Shown in pieces: positions 36,328-47,800 of a stretch of 54,057 nucleotides of DNA. Each line of letters begins with the position of its first letter. The stretch's first letter is position 1. Made by a program: the position numbers and the translations under genes. The DNA lies in the NCBI GenBank assembly GCA_000708835.1, contig DF237537.1:1-54057 (forward strand), given 5' to 3'. The notes beneath the pieces were generated by a model. That model saw nothing but the letters and a program-made list of their open reading frames with translations, made no database searches and was not told the DNA's origin. Source of the DNA: Klebsormidium nitens. Its lineage: Eukaryota > Plantae > Klebsormidiophyceae.

Positions 36328-37099
36328 TACCTAGAGCTTATTTTAAGTATGTTGAAGGGACATGCATACGACTAGCAATGGCGTTCGTTTCTTTCTGATG
36401 TTTTCTAGATCCCCGTCTCTTGCGTGAGAAGGCGGCTTAAGTCAGAGCGCCGTTAAACTCCGGATGTTAGAACATTTTCGTTGCCCGGCAAGCTGAGGAG
36501 AAACGTGCTCGTGCCAAACGGTGAACGCACGAGAAGGATGCAGATAAACGAAGCAAGCAATTTTGCAGCTCGGTTTCCGGTCCTGGCAGTTGACCAAAAC
36601 GTTACGTCTCAAAACAGCGAGAAGGGGGATTGGAGATACGGTAGATTCACCCGTCGGACCCAATTGATGAAAGGAAGATTGGAAGACAGTCCAGGAGCCG
36701 CACGCTAATTGTTTCCTTTCAAGCCGACAACCTTTCTATCCAGCCGATCAGAATCTTATCCAGAAGGAGTCTGATACGCCCATACAGTTTTCTCTTGTCC
36801 ATCAGCTAGCAATCCAACCGGGCGCTTTGCCACAGCACGCAGTCGCGTGAGAGAGCGGAGAGGCTTTGCGCGAGCTCACATGCGTTGAGAAAGTCCACCA
36901 AGATTGCGATGATGTCATTGTTCTCGAGTTCTTCCTTCTCCTGGATCTCGAGCAAAGTGTCCACCAGGTCGCGCGCGACGAAATCCGTCCCCGCCTTTGC
37001 GCGCGCGCTCCGGTGCTCCTCGATGAGCGCCAAGAGTTCCCTGCAAAGGGGTCACGTTTCAGAGCTGAAAGACCTCATAAATTCTTCACATGTCCGTTG

Positions 37100-37760
37100 G
37101 ATGCGGTTCGCGTACAACCACTTCCGTAGCTTGCCTTTGCGTACGTGGCCCTGCGTTGGACGAGCGCCAATATTTCTTGACATAACATGTGTGGTTGGTA
37201 GCCGTTGCGTTCAGAAAGTAAAGTTGCAAGCGAATAAGCTCATCGCGACTCCTTCTCTTACGCTGAATGTTCTTACACGGGCTTCGATTTGAACGCACTG
37301 CTTCCCACATCTCAGATTCTAATTTCATTTAAGGAGACCAGACAAAAAGAGGGATTCTGGCTGTCTACACCCATCCTTTGCCTACGTTTGCCTTGCCATC
37401 ATCGGAGGTTACATGCGAACGTAAAAGATTACTGGCGGTCCAAAGCCACGCTTTACGGTTCAGGTCGAGTAGAAAAGCTGCACCTGACCAGTAATTCCTT
37501 CGCGTTCATAAAAGCTGTCGCTTTTCTCACAATCCGGTTCACGCAAACGCTCGGGTGATAGAACAGTGTTCCGGTCGAAGATGCCCATATGACGGAAGAT
37601 CTTACTAAAAAGGGACTGAAAGATGACCGTATCCAAAGGCGAGATGTCCGCTCAAAAAGGGCACTCAATAAAAAAGGTGTTCGACAATATACCCGTCCCT
37701 GAACGAGATCTTCTTTCGCACATTGCAATCCGGAACGAGTGCCCCAGTAGGAATTGCCCA
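37100..37760 (-). repeat. Mixed echoes in intron 37836-37041: two donor echoes (~37520-37600, ~37680-37760) and one acceptor-side echo (~37100-37190)
   Basis: + strand TTCTCACAxTCCGGTTCxCGxAAACGCTC and TACCCGTCCCTGAA recur; - strand TTGGCGCTCxTC...CGCAAAGGC recurs. Confidence 0.65.
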
Positions 37761-38109
37761 ACTGAATAAAGCTCTTACTCGGGTCCGCCCATGAATACGT
37801 CGAAAAGGACCAGAAATCTATCTTGCCGTCGCTTACCCGTCCCTGAAAGAAGTTGTCTTTCTCACATCCCGGTTCGCGAAAACGCTCAGGACCGGTAGAA
37901 TGGTGCCCCAGTCGAAATCTCCCATCTGACGAAAGCTCCGCTGCAGGCTCTGGTACAGCGCCTCGCGCGCGTCGGTGAAGCCCGGCTCGTCGCGCGCGGG
38001 AAAGCGGACGCCGAACAGCGGACGCATCATGGTGTTCAGGTTGGCCCTGGACGTGACGAGCCGGTGACGTCAGCAAACATTATTTGGATTGTAGCCTGAG
38101 GTTTCGTCT

Positions 38110-39090
38110 ATCTATATTGCGCCTCGCGCGCGTCGGTGAAGCCCGGCTCGTCAGGCGCCGGGAACCGGACGCTGAAGAGCGGCCGCATCATGGTGTTCAG
38201 GTTGGCCCTAGGCGCGACGAAATCGTGACGTCAGCAATCTTTTTTGCCTGGGACTTGAAGGTTTAATTTGAGAATCGAATTTGCCTTGGTTGCGCCTCGC
38301 GCGCTTCGGTAAAGCCAGGCTCGTCGTACGCGGGAAAGCGGACGCCGAACAGCGGCCGCAGCATGGTGTTGAGATTCGCCCTGCACGTGAAAAGATGGTG
38401 ACGTCAGAGGTGGTTAATCGTTATCTATGTCCTGGGACGTGATGTTGTTGAAAATGAAGTCTGCGTTCACGGTCGTAGCGAATTGCGCACTCCGATGAAA
38501 TCGGGCTCGGCGCGCGCGAGAACAGGACGCTGAAGAGTGGCCGCTGCATCATGGTGTTGAGGTTCGCCCTGCAATAAAAGTGCTGACGTCAGCGCAAATC
38601 GCTGCGATCTGCGTCCGCTGTTTCTCAACCTGTGTTGCGCCTCGCGCGCTTCGGTGAAGCCCGGCTCGTTGCCTGGAACCGGACGCCGAACAGCGGCCGC
38701 ATCATGGTGTTCAGGCTGGCCCTGCGCATAACCAGATCATGACGTCAGCAGGAGACCATTTGTCATTCCTAGCTTTACGGTATTGAAGCTCGACTGTTGC
38801 TTCGCGTCTCGGGTAGCCAGGCTTGTCGCACGCGGGAAACGGGACGTCAAACATCGGCTGCATCATATTGTTTAGGTTGGCTCTGCAAAGGAGATGCTGA
38901 CGTCAGCGAGAATCGGATGGGCACCTTCAGTACTCTAATACTAGTATTAGAGTAAATTACAAGTATGAACTTCCAGCTTTCTTTTTTCGCGTCTATGGTG
39001 TAGCCAGCTGGCAGCTTGTCGCGCGCCCGGAAATTGACTTGATGGAGCAGCCGCATCGTAGTCCTCAGGTTAGCCCTGATATTGAAATCA
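38110..39090 (-). repeat. Six decayed ~170-bp acceptor echoes of exon 38046-37837
   Basis: Echo starts 38207, 38380, 38568, 38721, 38882 and 39075. Each has AG plus about 90 nt of exon-like sequence (ANLNTMMRPLFGVRFP...); five have a CTGAC(G) branch motif. Confidence 0.93.
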
Positions 39091-42000
39091 GCAGAAACCA
39101 CCTTTTAGCCCGAGGTTTGACGGGACTCGAGCTGAGGTTCGTGATTGAAAACAGCGCCCCACGAAAGTCAGAGAAGTCTTCTTGTGGCAAAGAGCGTTGG
39201 TCAAGTGGGCGAAATGCGCAAGAGGGGGAATGTCTCGACCAAGATTCGACAACAAAAGGCAAGAATCTGAATCTTTCTGAAGCCGCTTTTGAGTCTTCTG
39301 TCGAAAGGTAGTATGTTTCAGCATTCCAGTTGGACAACACCCATAGTGCGCTGGAGCGGAAATGCCAAACAGAGGTCTCGTCCCCACGCCCATCATTGGA
39401 CCTCTCACGACAGCCCCTTAGCGCTCGGATGAGTGACGAAGTCATAGTGAGCACAGCAGCGTTGCATGCGCAGTTCTTTCTTCTCATCGACATCTTTCCA
39501 CCCTCGTACGTTTTTCGAAGCTCACCGGAAAATACGATCTCTCGGCTCGATGATGCCCCCGTTCTTCTCGCTCTCCCGCTTGAGATGCTCGATGAGCAGC
39601 TCAGTTTCTTCGAACCGGATCGAAACGCTGGCCTTCACTGCCTTTGTGGAAAGGAGGTGGAGGATTGCCAGTCTTCGGGTCCTGCGGTAACAAGACAAAA
39701 GACGTGTTGATTGTTTGAATGTAAAGGTGCCCACGTGCAAAGTTCTTTCCGTAAAGACGTGTGCGTTAGCATCTATATAGTCCGATTGGAGGACTTCTTT
39801 GATTCTGTTTACAGAAAATCAACCACCTGGGATCAAGCCACGTGCAGTGGAAACCGCGGTGACCGAGAACGTCGGATGTAATTTTTGGTAAGTTGGCTTA
39901 TATGAAAGCCCGTAAGCGCGCCCGCGTCCCTTTTGCGTACATGATCTGAGGTGCCTGCCACCCTAGTTGCAGAAGCCAGCTTGCAAGAGAGCTGCGGCAG
40001 ATTGAAAGGCAATCTCATCAAAGACTTCGCTTCCCCCGAAAGTCATAGGTTCCAAAAGCGAAGGCAAAAACGTTTCAGCTTCCTTTGAGCAATGCGTGAG
40101 GGAACCAGCGGAGCAACATGCCGGTTACGCAAGCTTAAAAAGGTAGCCCAGTATTGTTAACGTGCCCAGGAACCGGTCGAATGTAGTCCTATTAGCACTC
40201 TAGAGTCACGCTGCCTGGTTTGTCGTCGCACTGCTATGTAGAAGGTTAAGGTGTGTCGAATCCAAACGCGGACTGGAGAAATTGTACACCCAGCACGTTA
40301 CATGGATCGGAACAGAAGGCTCGGAACAAAAGCAGTGTCTGGTCGACGTGAAACCTAATGAGCCTCAACTTAAATCCGCCAATAGTCGCCGTAGCCTGAC
40401 GCGAAGATGCTCTTCGGATGGAGCGTGAGCGAGATGCGCTCGGGCAAAGGCGGTCGCGACGCAAATTCCTTGTGCTGGGAGTTTCAGGGAAATGGGACTT
40501 TCGATCAGTTTCCTACAAGTTACGCACACAGCCGAGTCATCTGTCCGATCCATAAAAGGATGATTGATCGAGTCTGTTCTCATCTAGCATAAAATCAGGA
40601 CAGCTTTTGGAGTCACGGTGCCTTTCCACCGAGATGATGTGCTTCCGGTCCGTAACGAGAGTCTTTCAGCTCAAAGATTATAACCACATATAGGATTGCT
40701 TATAGAATTTATCTATTATCTAGCACACAATCTCCACATAGACACACTTGGGGGTAGGGTATTAGTCCACCTACAATGATCGAGTCCCATGTTGAAACAA
40801 TAGAAATTTTCAGCTCAAAGACTACAAAATTGGTCTCGGGTTGAATGAGTCGCTCATATTCAGAAGCCGGCCCTTTCATTCTGCCATAAGTTTCTGACGT
40901 CAGTGACTTCACATGGGCAATTTCTCCAGGTATTGCATAACAAAGGGCACAGAAGATTACTGTTTCTAGTTGGACAGCAATGCGCCACCGCTTCTAGAGC
41001 TGTGATAAGTAGCAGGGTTTTGCAGTTATATAGACAAGTCGACCAAAGTCGATCTAAGAGAGTACATCGCTTCTGAAGGAATTGACCTAACTGCTTGATT
41101 GATAAAACACGTCTTGTCTGGGACCAGGGTTGCAATGTTGTGTAATCTCTAAAATTAGCTGTTTTTAGTAGACCCTCACCTTGGTTACCAGAACTTCTTT
41201 TATGGCCTCATACGAGCTGACGTAGACCGCCAGTTGCGGCCCTAACCAGAAGCTGAAAACGCTTCCGTACCGCTTGGCCTGAACACGGAAAGCTTAGCTG
41301 ATTAAAGAGATAGAATTGTTTTCGGGAAAAACTGTGGAAGATTGACAGCGACCAACCTAAAAAGCAACTCCAGAGACAATTGAATGCGACTCTTGCCAGA
41401 AGCTGAAGGAGTTTCTGTACAGCCGGCATGAGAAACGGATTGGCGTGATAGACTTAGAAGGGGGATGTGGATTTCAAGGAAAGGGCAGCTCATAATCCTC
41501 CACCCGATTGCTTCAATAATGCATCACTGGGGGATGGTCAACTAGACCAGTCTGCGTGGGATTGGAATATTTCATTCCTGTATCAAACTCACATGATTTT
41601 CAGCTGCCTTGAGCTTAAGTCAACAGGAGTCTTTTGAGGTATGAGTTATTTGATTGCTGAAGATGCTACTCATGAACAACAGTGCCCCGAGCTCAGAACC
41701 TACATCTTAGCCCTTAGTTGCGGATCTAGATCTCCGCCAGCTAAGCATAGCCTCGATTTCAAGAGGACACATTTTCTTGACATACAGCAAGCATGCTTTG
41801 CAGGCTGTATCCAGAACAAGAAAGCCAGATCATCGGGCTGCAAACGTCAATGTGTGAAATAGGCAGCTTTATCTTTCCATTCGGAAGCACCATTCTTCCG
41901 AGCGCGTGGTAGACGAGGGCGCGTTGCACCAGAAGATGAAGACGGGCCAAGGCATTGGGCCTGGAGGGATCCCCCGAGTTCTCATGACCTTCAGATAGTG

Positions 42001-44838
42001 GTGCAAAGTCGTCCATAGGAAGGGAACGAGAAGTGCGAAGAGTACCGCAGAAGGTATGAGTAGGCTTAAGGGGTAGAATTTGATTCTTTCAGCAATGCTG
42101 GAACCCGCCGCTTCCATCTTTCCTGCTTCCACTTCTACCCTTGAAAGGACACAAGGAGCGGGTTAGAAAGCTGGAAGAATACACAGACAGTTGTGCCTCT
42201 TCACTTGGTGGCTCCGCGTTATGCAGCCAACATTAACGCGTTCTGTTGGAATCCCGAAAGCACACCACTGATTCTTTGGACTGCTCTTCCCAGATAGACG
42301 GGACATCGGCGAGCTGCAAAAGCTCTGGGAGTGATTTCTGCAACTCTCCAACTCAGGAACAACAGATTCCTGCGCCTAAGCAGAGTGTTAAAGCGCGCCA
42401 ACGTGACTGGAAGCTTCGATCAATGAATTCACGATGAAACCAGCAAAGCGACCTCCATACGGGCAAATTAATATGGGGTCATTATAGGGTTTCACAAAAG
42501 GTTATAAACCTATATCTAGGTAGCTCTGAAGTGTACACGGTGTGCTGCCAGCTCCGGAATCGAGTTTGGAGGCCGAGTCCTTTCCGACTCCTTCGTTGAA
42601 AATCACCAAATTAATTCACATAGTTGCAAGTCGCAACTGGAAACTCCGCCTTCAATGCAATCAGTGGACGTCAGCATCCTGATTCCTTACGATCGCTCAT
42701 GTGCATCCCTCAGTCATGTGCTTGCACAGGTTCGCATGTCACGTCACGGCCATCATTGGCGGAGTTGAATCTGACAGGGACAGTATATATGGAGGGCCGA
42801 CATGGAGGGACATGGAACACGCTTGTGTTTAATTTAAAGATGCCGTAGTCGATCGAGAACGACAGTGCTCAAAACGAAAGCGGCTGAACTTTGACTGAGG
42901 CTCTGACACCATATAATTCTATGGTTCATATTTAGCGATGCTCAGAGCTGATGGTCCCCGTTTTGAGTCGATGTGTCCACTGCCAGGAGGTGAGGTCTAG
43001 TTTTCGGCCCGTCGATCCGATTGGATCTTCGAAGTCAGCGCGGAGTCTCGGTTTTGGAGTCCGCCCAACGGTACGTACGGGCCGCGGGGTGAGTTAAAAG
43101 TTTCGGCTAAATATCTACCAATCGCTATTTGTTTAACTTTTCGTATAAGATGACACCGTGCTCGGCGGACTGACCGACGCATGACCGCCGACCGGTCCGC
43201 TAAATGTGCAGTACGGTAGTCGAGCGGCCCGGCTCGTCGGCCCGGGGGCCGGGGCTGCCTGATAAGCACCTGCCACCGTATGTACGTTTGTCGCATTAAA
43301 TTCCTTAAAGGCCTTGTCCGTGACCCGGTTGGTATCGAGACTGTACCAATGACAAATCATGACGTACCCGATAGAACTCCGACCAGCTGAGTCGCAGTCC
43401 AATCATGAGATGGGACCCATACGAAGTACCGACAACATAAATCACGGCGTACGATGTACGCACGGCACAGAAGTACAAGCCCGGTCTGGTCTCGCCGCCT
43501 TGTAGGCTTCAATGTACACAAACTGCGACTCACCCGGTTGGAAGGGTAGCCGGCGCCGGGGAACCAAAGTTCAAAGGTGATTCGGTGAACTCCGGGCCCG
43601 CGTTACTTTGCAACCGGTACATTTCACCACGCGCAATGGGGACGCCCAGCCAATAGTTGAAGAGTGTACAAGCGAGTGTACGACTCCCTTCTGACGTCAC
43701 TGTGCCGGTCGAGCTTCATGCTGTACCTGCCGGCCCGCCTGAGTGGCCACTAGATTTCGGCCGAAGACTACCTAGATTCCGAATCAAGCTACGTACCTAG
43801 GTACTACAGTACTGTACTACAGCTGGGCCTCAATTATCGATTGGAACATCTAGCTCGGGGGGCCAGCGCCAGCTGAGGCGGCGATCTCTACGAGCGCCAT
43901 GAATTAATTTATGCAGAGGGACTCCAGTACCTAGTTGATACACGTTCTATATATGGTCGAAGGTGAATTATTTTTATGTCCGGATCCCTCATAAAAGGTT
44001 CGACTTCCTGTGGAAAAAGACGGCGGATTGACCGCCCGACCAATAAGGACCCCTGGCGGAGCGATCAAGGACCGCTTGCATGTTGCGTATAGCACTGAGC
44101 ATGCCCCGCTCGCGAGAAGGACGTCACGTTGAAATCAACTCGAGATTAATGGACTTCGGATCGGAGGCTAGGACCGTCGAACGCAGCGGGACGTTGACTT
44201 TTTACAGCTAGAGGAGTAACCCCGTTCCGAGGCGCCCTTGGTTCTCCTAATTTCGGATCGGGTCCCGGTAAGGTCTCGGTAGTGCAGAGTTTCTAAGGTA
44301 CGAAAACACGGGCAAGATTCCCGTAGAAAGAAGCAAGGAGGCTCAGTGCAACCGACGTAGATTGCAGCGACCTTAACGGCGGGAGTCTTTAATCCCAAGT
44401 CGCCAAGGAGCGTTTACGGGCCACATTAATTTTGAAGACGACAAGTCACGGTTTAACCCCTGACCGATAAAGCATATGCTACGATCCGAGCTGATCAGGG
44501 CTAAACTATCTGGGGTGACGTTTTAACGTCGAGGGTGCACTCTTTTTGTCAAGCAAGGCGAGGTAGCAAGGAAGTACTCAGCTTCCTTCTTCCATCGATC
44601 GTATAGATTCGTCCCCGGGATATCCCACCCTTGAAGCTGAGCAGTATATCTCTTTGTTCGGGTATTTCTTCCTACCAGAAGGACTTGCAGCTAGACTCTA
44701 TTTTGAACCAGCCAAAATTCTGTGATTCAATCTTTCAAAGCTGACAAAGAATCAAGAGCTCACTGGCACTCTGCACAAGCATTTCTGAGAGTGGCTGGTA
44801 CTCTGCACCTGAGCCAATCTCTTCAATCCTTAAAAAGG

Positions 44839-47800
44839 ATGGAGAATGGACGCAAGAACTTCTGGTCAGCGGACCCGGAGAAAGTGGGGACTGACTCTAA
44901 GATTGAAAAGATACCAGCTGAAGGACTGAGCATTAAGGAGAGGGCTGTTTACAGCTCGTTCTCGATGTTGAAGGATGCGCCCCTGTTTGGGCCGAGGGAG
45001 GGGAACCCTTACAACGATGCGCTGGGGACTCTGAAAAGTGCCAAGCTGGTGAGACAACCAAGTATGGAATTGAAGGAGATTACTGAGCTTTCTTGAGGTG
45101 TGATGAGGAACAAAACCTGTCCTTACTTTGGAATCACTTGATTGCAACTATGCACGAACTCATGTCAGCCCTGCTTCCTGACACTTTCTTGACCTGCCCT
45201 TGGTGAAATACAGTCCCCTTTCTTTTATAAGAGGCTCGTTGAGTCTCTAAGAGATGGTAACACGATTTTGTTCAGAGGATAACGAGCAATCTTTTCCCAG
45301 GTGTCAAGTTTCTTGGGCAGAGCCTGATTGTTCTAGAGAGTCCTGCACTTGAGATCAACTTTTGAAGGGGCAAGCAAAGGGCACCAAAAACCTTTCCATA
45401 TAACCATTTTGAGTGAACCATCATTGGCTGTTAGAAAGCATAAGTGCTCGTCTAACTGTGGGCAACGAGTTGCGCGTTATTTCTCTGCAACGCAAACTAG
45501 CTCACTTAGCAGCCCAAGTCTGTCTGAATTTCCTTGGAAATCCTGGACCCTCGGAAGGGCTTGAACTCTGAAAGCCGTATACATGTCTTGCAGATTCCGG
45601 CAGGCACCGTCACCTATAACGCCTCCCACCCCCTTCGCCTGCTGTTCCGCATAACCGGAACCGCCGCCAAGATGGTCTTCCAGTCGGTCTCCTTCTACCT
45701 GATCATGTCCGTCCACATTTTCCTGCTGACAATGTACTACAAAGTGGGGAACAACCACACGCGCTCAGACTCGACCTCCATCGAGTCTGGGTGGCCGTTC
45801 CTGAGGTCTGGTACTTACGCGGGGTTTCTTGGAGTGCTGACGTCATTCTGCCTGGTCTTCCAGATGACGCAGTGCTACAACAGGTGAGAAATGACTCTCA
45901 CTCTGTCCCCTGAGTGCTGTCTTTTGGTATTTACTCACAGCCCACTAGCTTAACAAAACTTTTTATAGGGATATATAGCCACGTCTCTCTTGAGGTTTCC
46001 AAGTTCTTATAGTGATCCTACAAAACCTAGTTCGTCACAAACGCCTCATCAATAACAGCTCCCCGCAGGAAGACTCTCACAGTCTCTCTCCTGTGAATCT
46101 GACCTGTCTCTCACGAGCGTAGGGCGGAGTTTAACCTGGGCATAGTTCCCAGTTGAAGAACGACTTGAAAGCGTCATCAGAGGGCGCACATGAGAATGAA
46201 GCATGGCTAGCTTTTTCCCCCTGTTTGAAATGATGGCTAACTCACCAATTAGAGCCAGTCTTTGACACCTAAAGATAACCAAGTCTGTCTACAAATCTGA
46301 ACTGGAATGCTTCCTATCCATAAGACTCACCGGTCAAGAAAGGAGAGAGCTTGAGCTGGCTGCCAGTTCCTCAATGCTTATTACGCGGTCTTCTCCAATC
46401 TCTCTGAAGGGAACCCTAGATTTGGAAACACTCACAAAACTTTTCTGTATGGCAGATTCTTTGAGCAGTACAAAGCCTGCATCGACGCCATCAACTGCGC
46501 TTTGTACGTGATACGAGACAGCTTGAGCCGGCTGCTATATCGACGAATCCTGAAAAGCCTCATAAGGCTCGACAACCTGTTGTGCAGACGTTCAGCTTTT
46601 AGTTTTCCCCCACTTTGTTTTGCAGGTTTTTCGAGCAGTACAAAGCCTGCATCGGCGCCATAAACTGCGCATTTGCGTTCGACACCGCTCTCCGCTCACT
46701 CTTCGACGACCACAAGTTCGAAGGGTCCGGCCAAATCCGCTTGGAGCTGCACGGTTATTGCATGGCCATGCTGTATACGGGCTTCGGCTGGCTGCCCCAT
46801 TATATTGAGAATAACCTGCATATGGACTTTGGAGCGCCTCCACGAGACCGGACTCCTCAAACCGGAAGAGGAACAGCGGATCCTTGAACTCCCCGGGGGC
46901 ACTCGTCCGTACGGCGAGGTAAGCAGTATCTGAATAATCTAGCGCGAGGTTTTGCCGAACACGTGATCCAAACCCCTTGGCCCAGAAGTCCGAAGCGGGT
47001 CTGAACATTCGGATCCGGTTCGAACACATGGAATGTCCGGAGACGTACTGAAACCGGTCCAAATGGAAATCGAGCTGGGCCGCAATATGGTAACGTCGTT
47101 TTGGCCGGCATGAATACCCTTAGGTGCTGATGTAACTCACAGGCCTCACAAACCTGGCGGTGAATGATTTACGCTGAGTAAAGCTAGGTTATGTACTGTG
47201 TGGAAAATTCACCTTCGAAGAAGGCAGTGCCAAGCTCCTTTGGGTGCTCGTCTCTTTTCCTCTTTGCACCGCTTACATAAGGAAGCAAGTTCTTTTGAAA
47301 AGAAAGCTGAGTCCTTTTCTTTGGAGACGACTCTCATCAAAACTGATGTCATCCGTTATCGTCCTTACTCAGGAACCAGCTAACCAGACGGTTACTCTAA
47401 GGAAAGGAGCATCTACCTAAAAGCTAACCAGCCTTGGTTAAAGATAACCCATCTCTCCCGGTGACAGATATACTGCCTTGGAGAAAACGCCTTATACCGA
47501 GAGCACGAGTTGGGGCACATTTCGGAGCGCTCACTGGACCGTCTCGACGGGCTCTTTGGAGCGCTCTCGGCAGCGATCGCAACAGTGTATGAGCATGCTG
47601 ACATGCCGGTAAGCGTTGGAAGAAGAGAAAAAGCGTCTTATATAGCCGAGCCTGCCGTCCACAGCCTTTGAGGATTTACATAACGTACGCTTTAAAAGCG
47701 CTGCTTGCTCGGAGAAGCAAGACAAATTGACGAATGTGTCAAAAGGCCCTTTGATCACTTTGACCAGCATCCGTAAGCGAAAGCGATCTTGGAAGCGACT

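Larger units (their letters stand above)
32232..42117 (-). pseudogene. CYP71-clan (A-type) cytochrome P450 with several lesions; exons ~42117-418xx, ~40474-40374, 39681-39526, 38046-37837, 37040-36884, 36167-36005, 34941-34835, 33938-33803, 33094-33023, 32386-32232
   Basis: Motifs seen: TM anchor + PPGPMPWP, FASRP, YGDYWR, DFLN|AAVDTS, KEHFR, PERF, PFGAG|RRGCPG, IDMTE. Lesions: frameshift after PWPV (~41940), donor TTAAGT at 40373, and a GC...AT intron 36883-36168. Confidence 0.8.

Noticed and set aside
38047-39090. CRISPR-like or mutually exclusive exon array
   Set aside because: Eukaryotic context; units are long and decayed rather than short identical repeats with spacers; the copies lack donors and contain frame disruptions. 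The same applies to 49085-49700.
43940-44520. Possible structured RNA (GGTTCGAC B-box-like motif near 43998)
   Set aside because: No cloverleaf, A-box or recognisable snRNA/rRNA motif; an isolated short match is expected by chance.
45049-45097. Second frameshift at the end of bestrophin exon 1 (stop at 45094-45096)
   Set aside because: A stronger in-phase donor CTG|GTGAGA at 45048 precedes the stop, so no lesion is needed.
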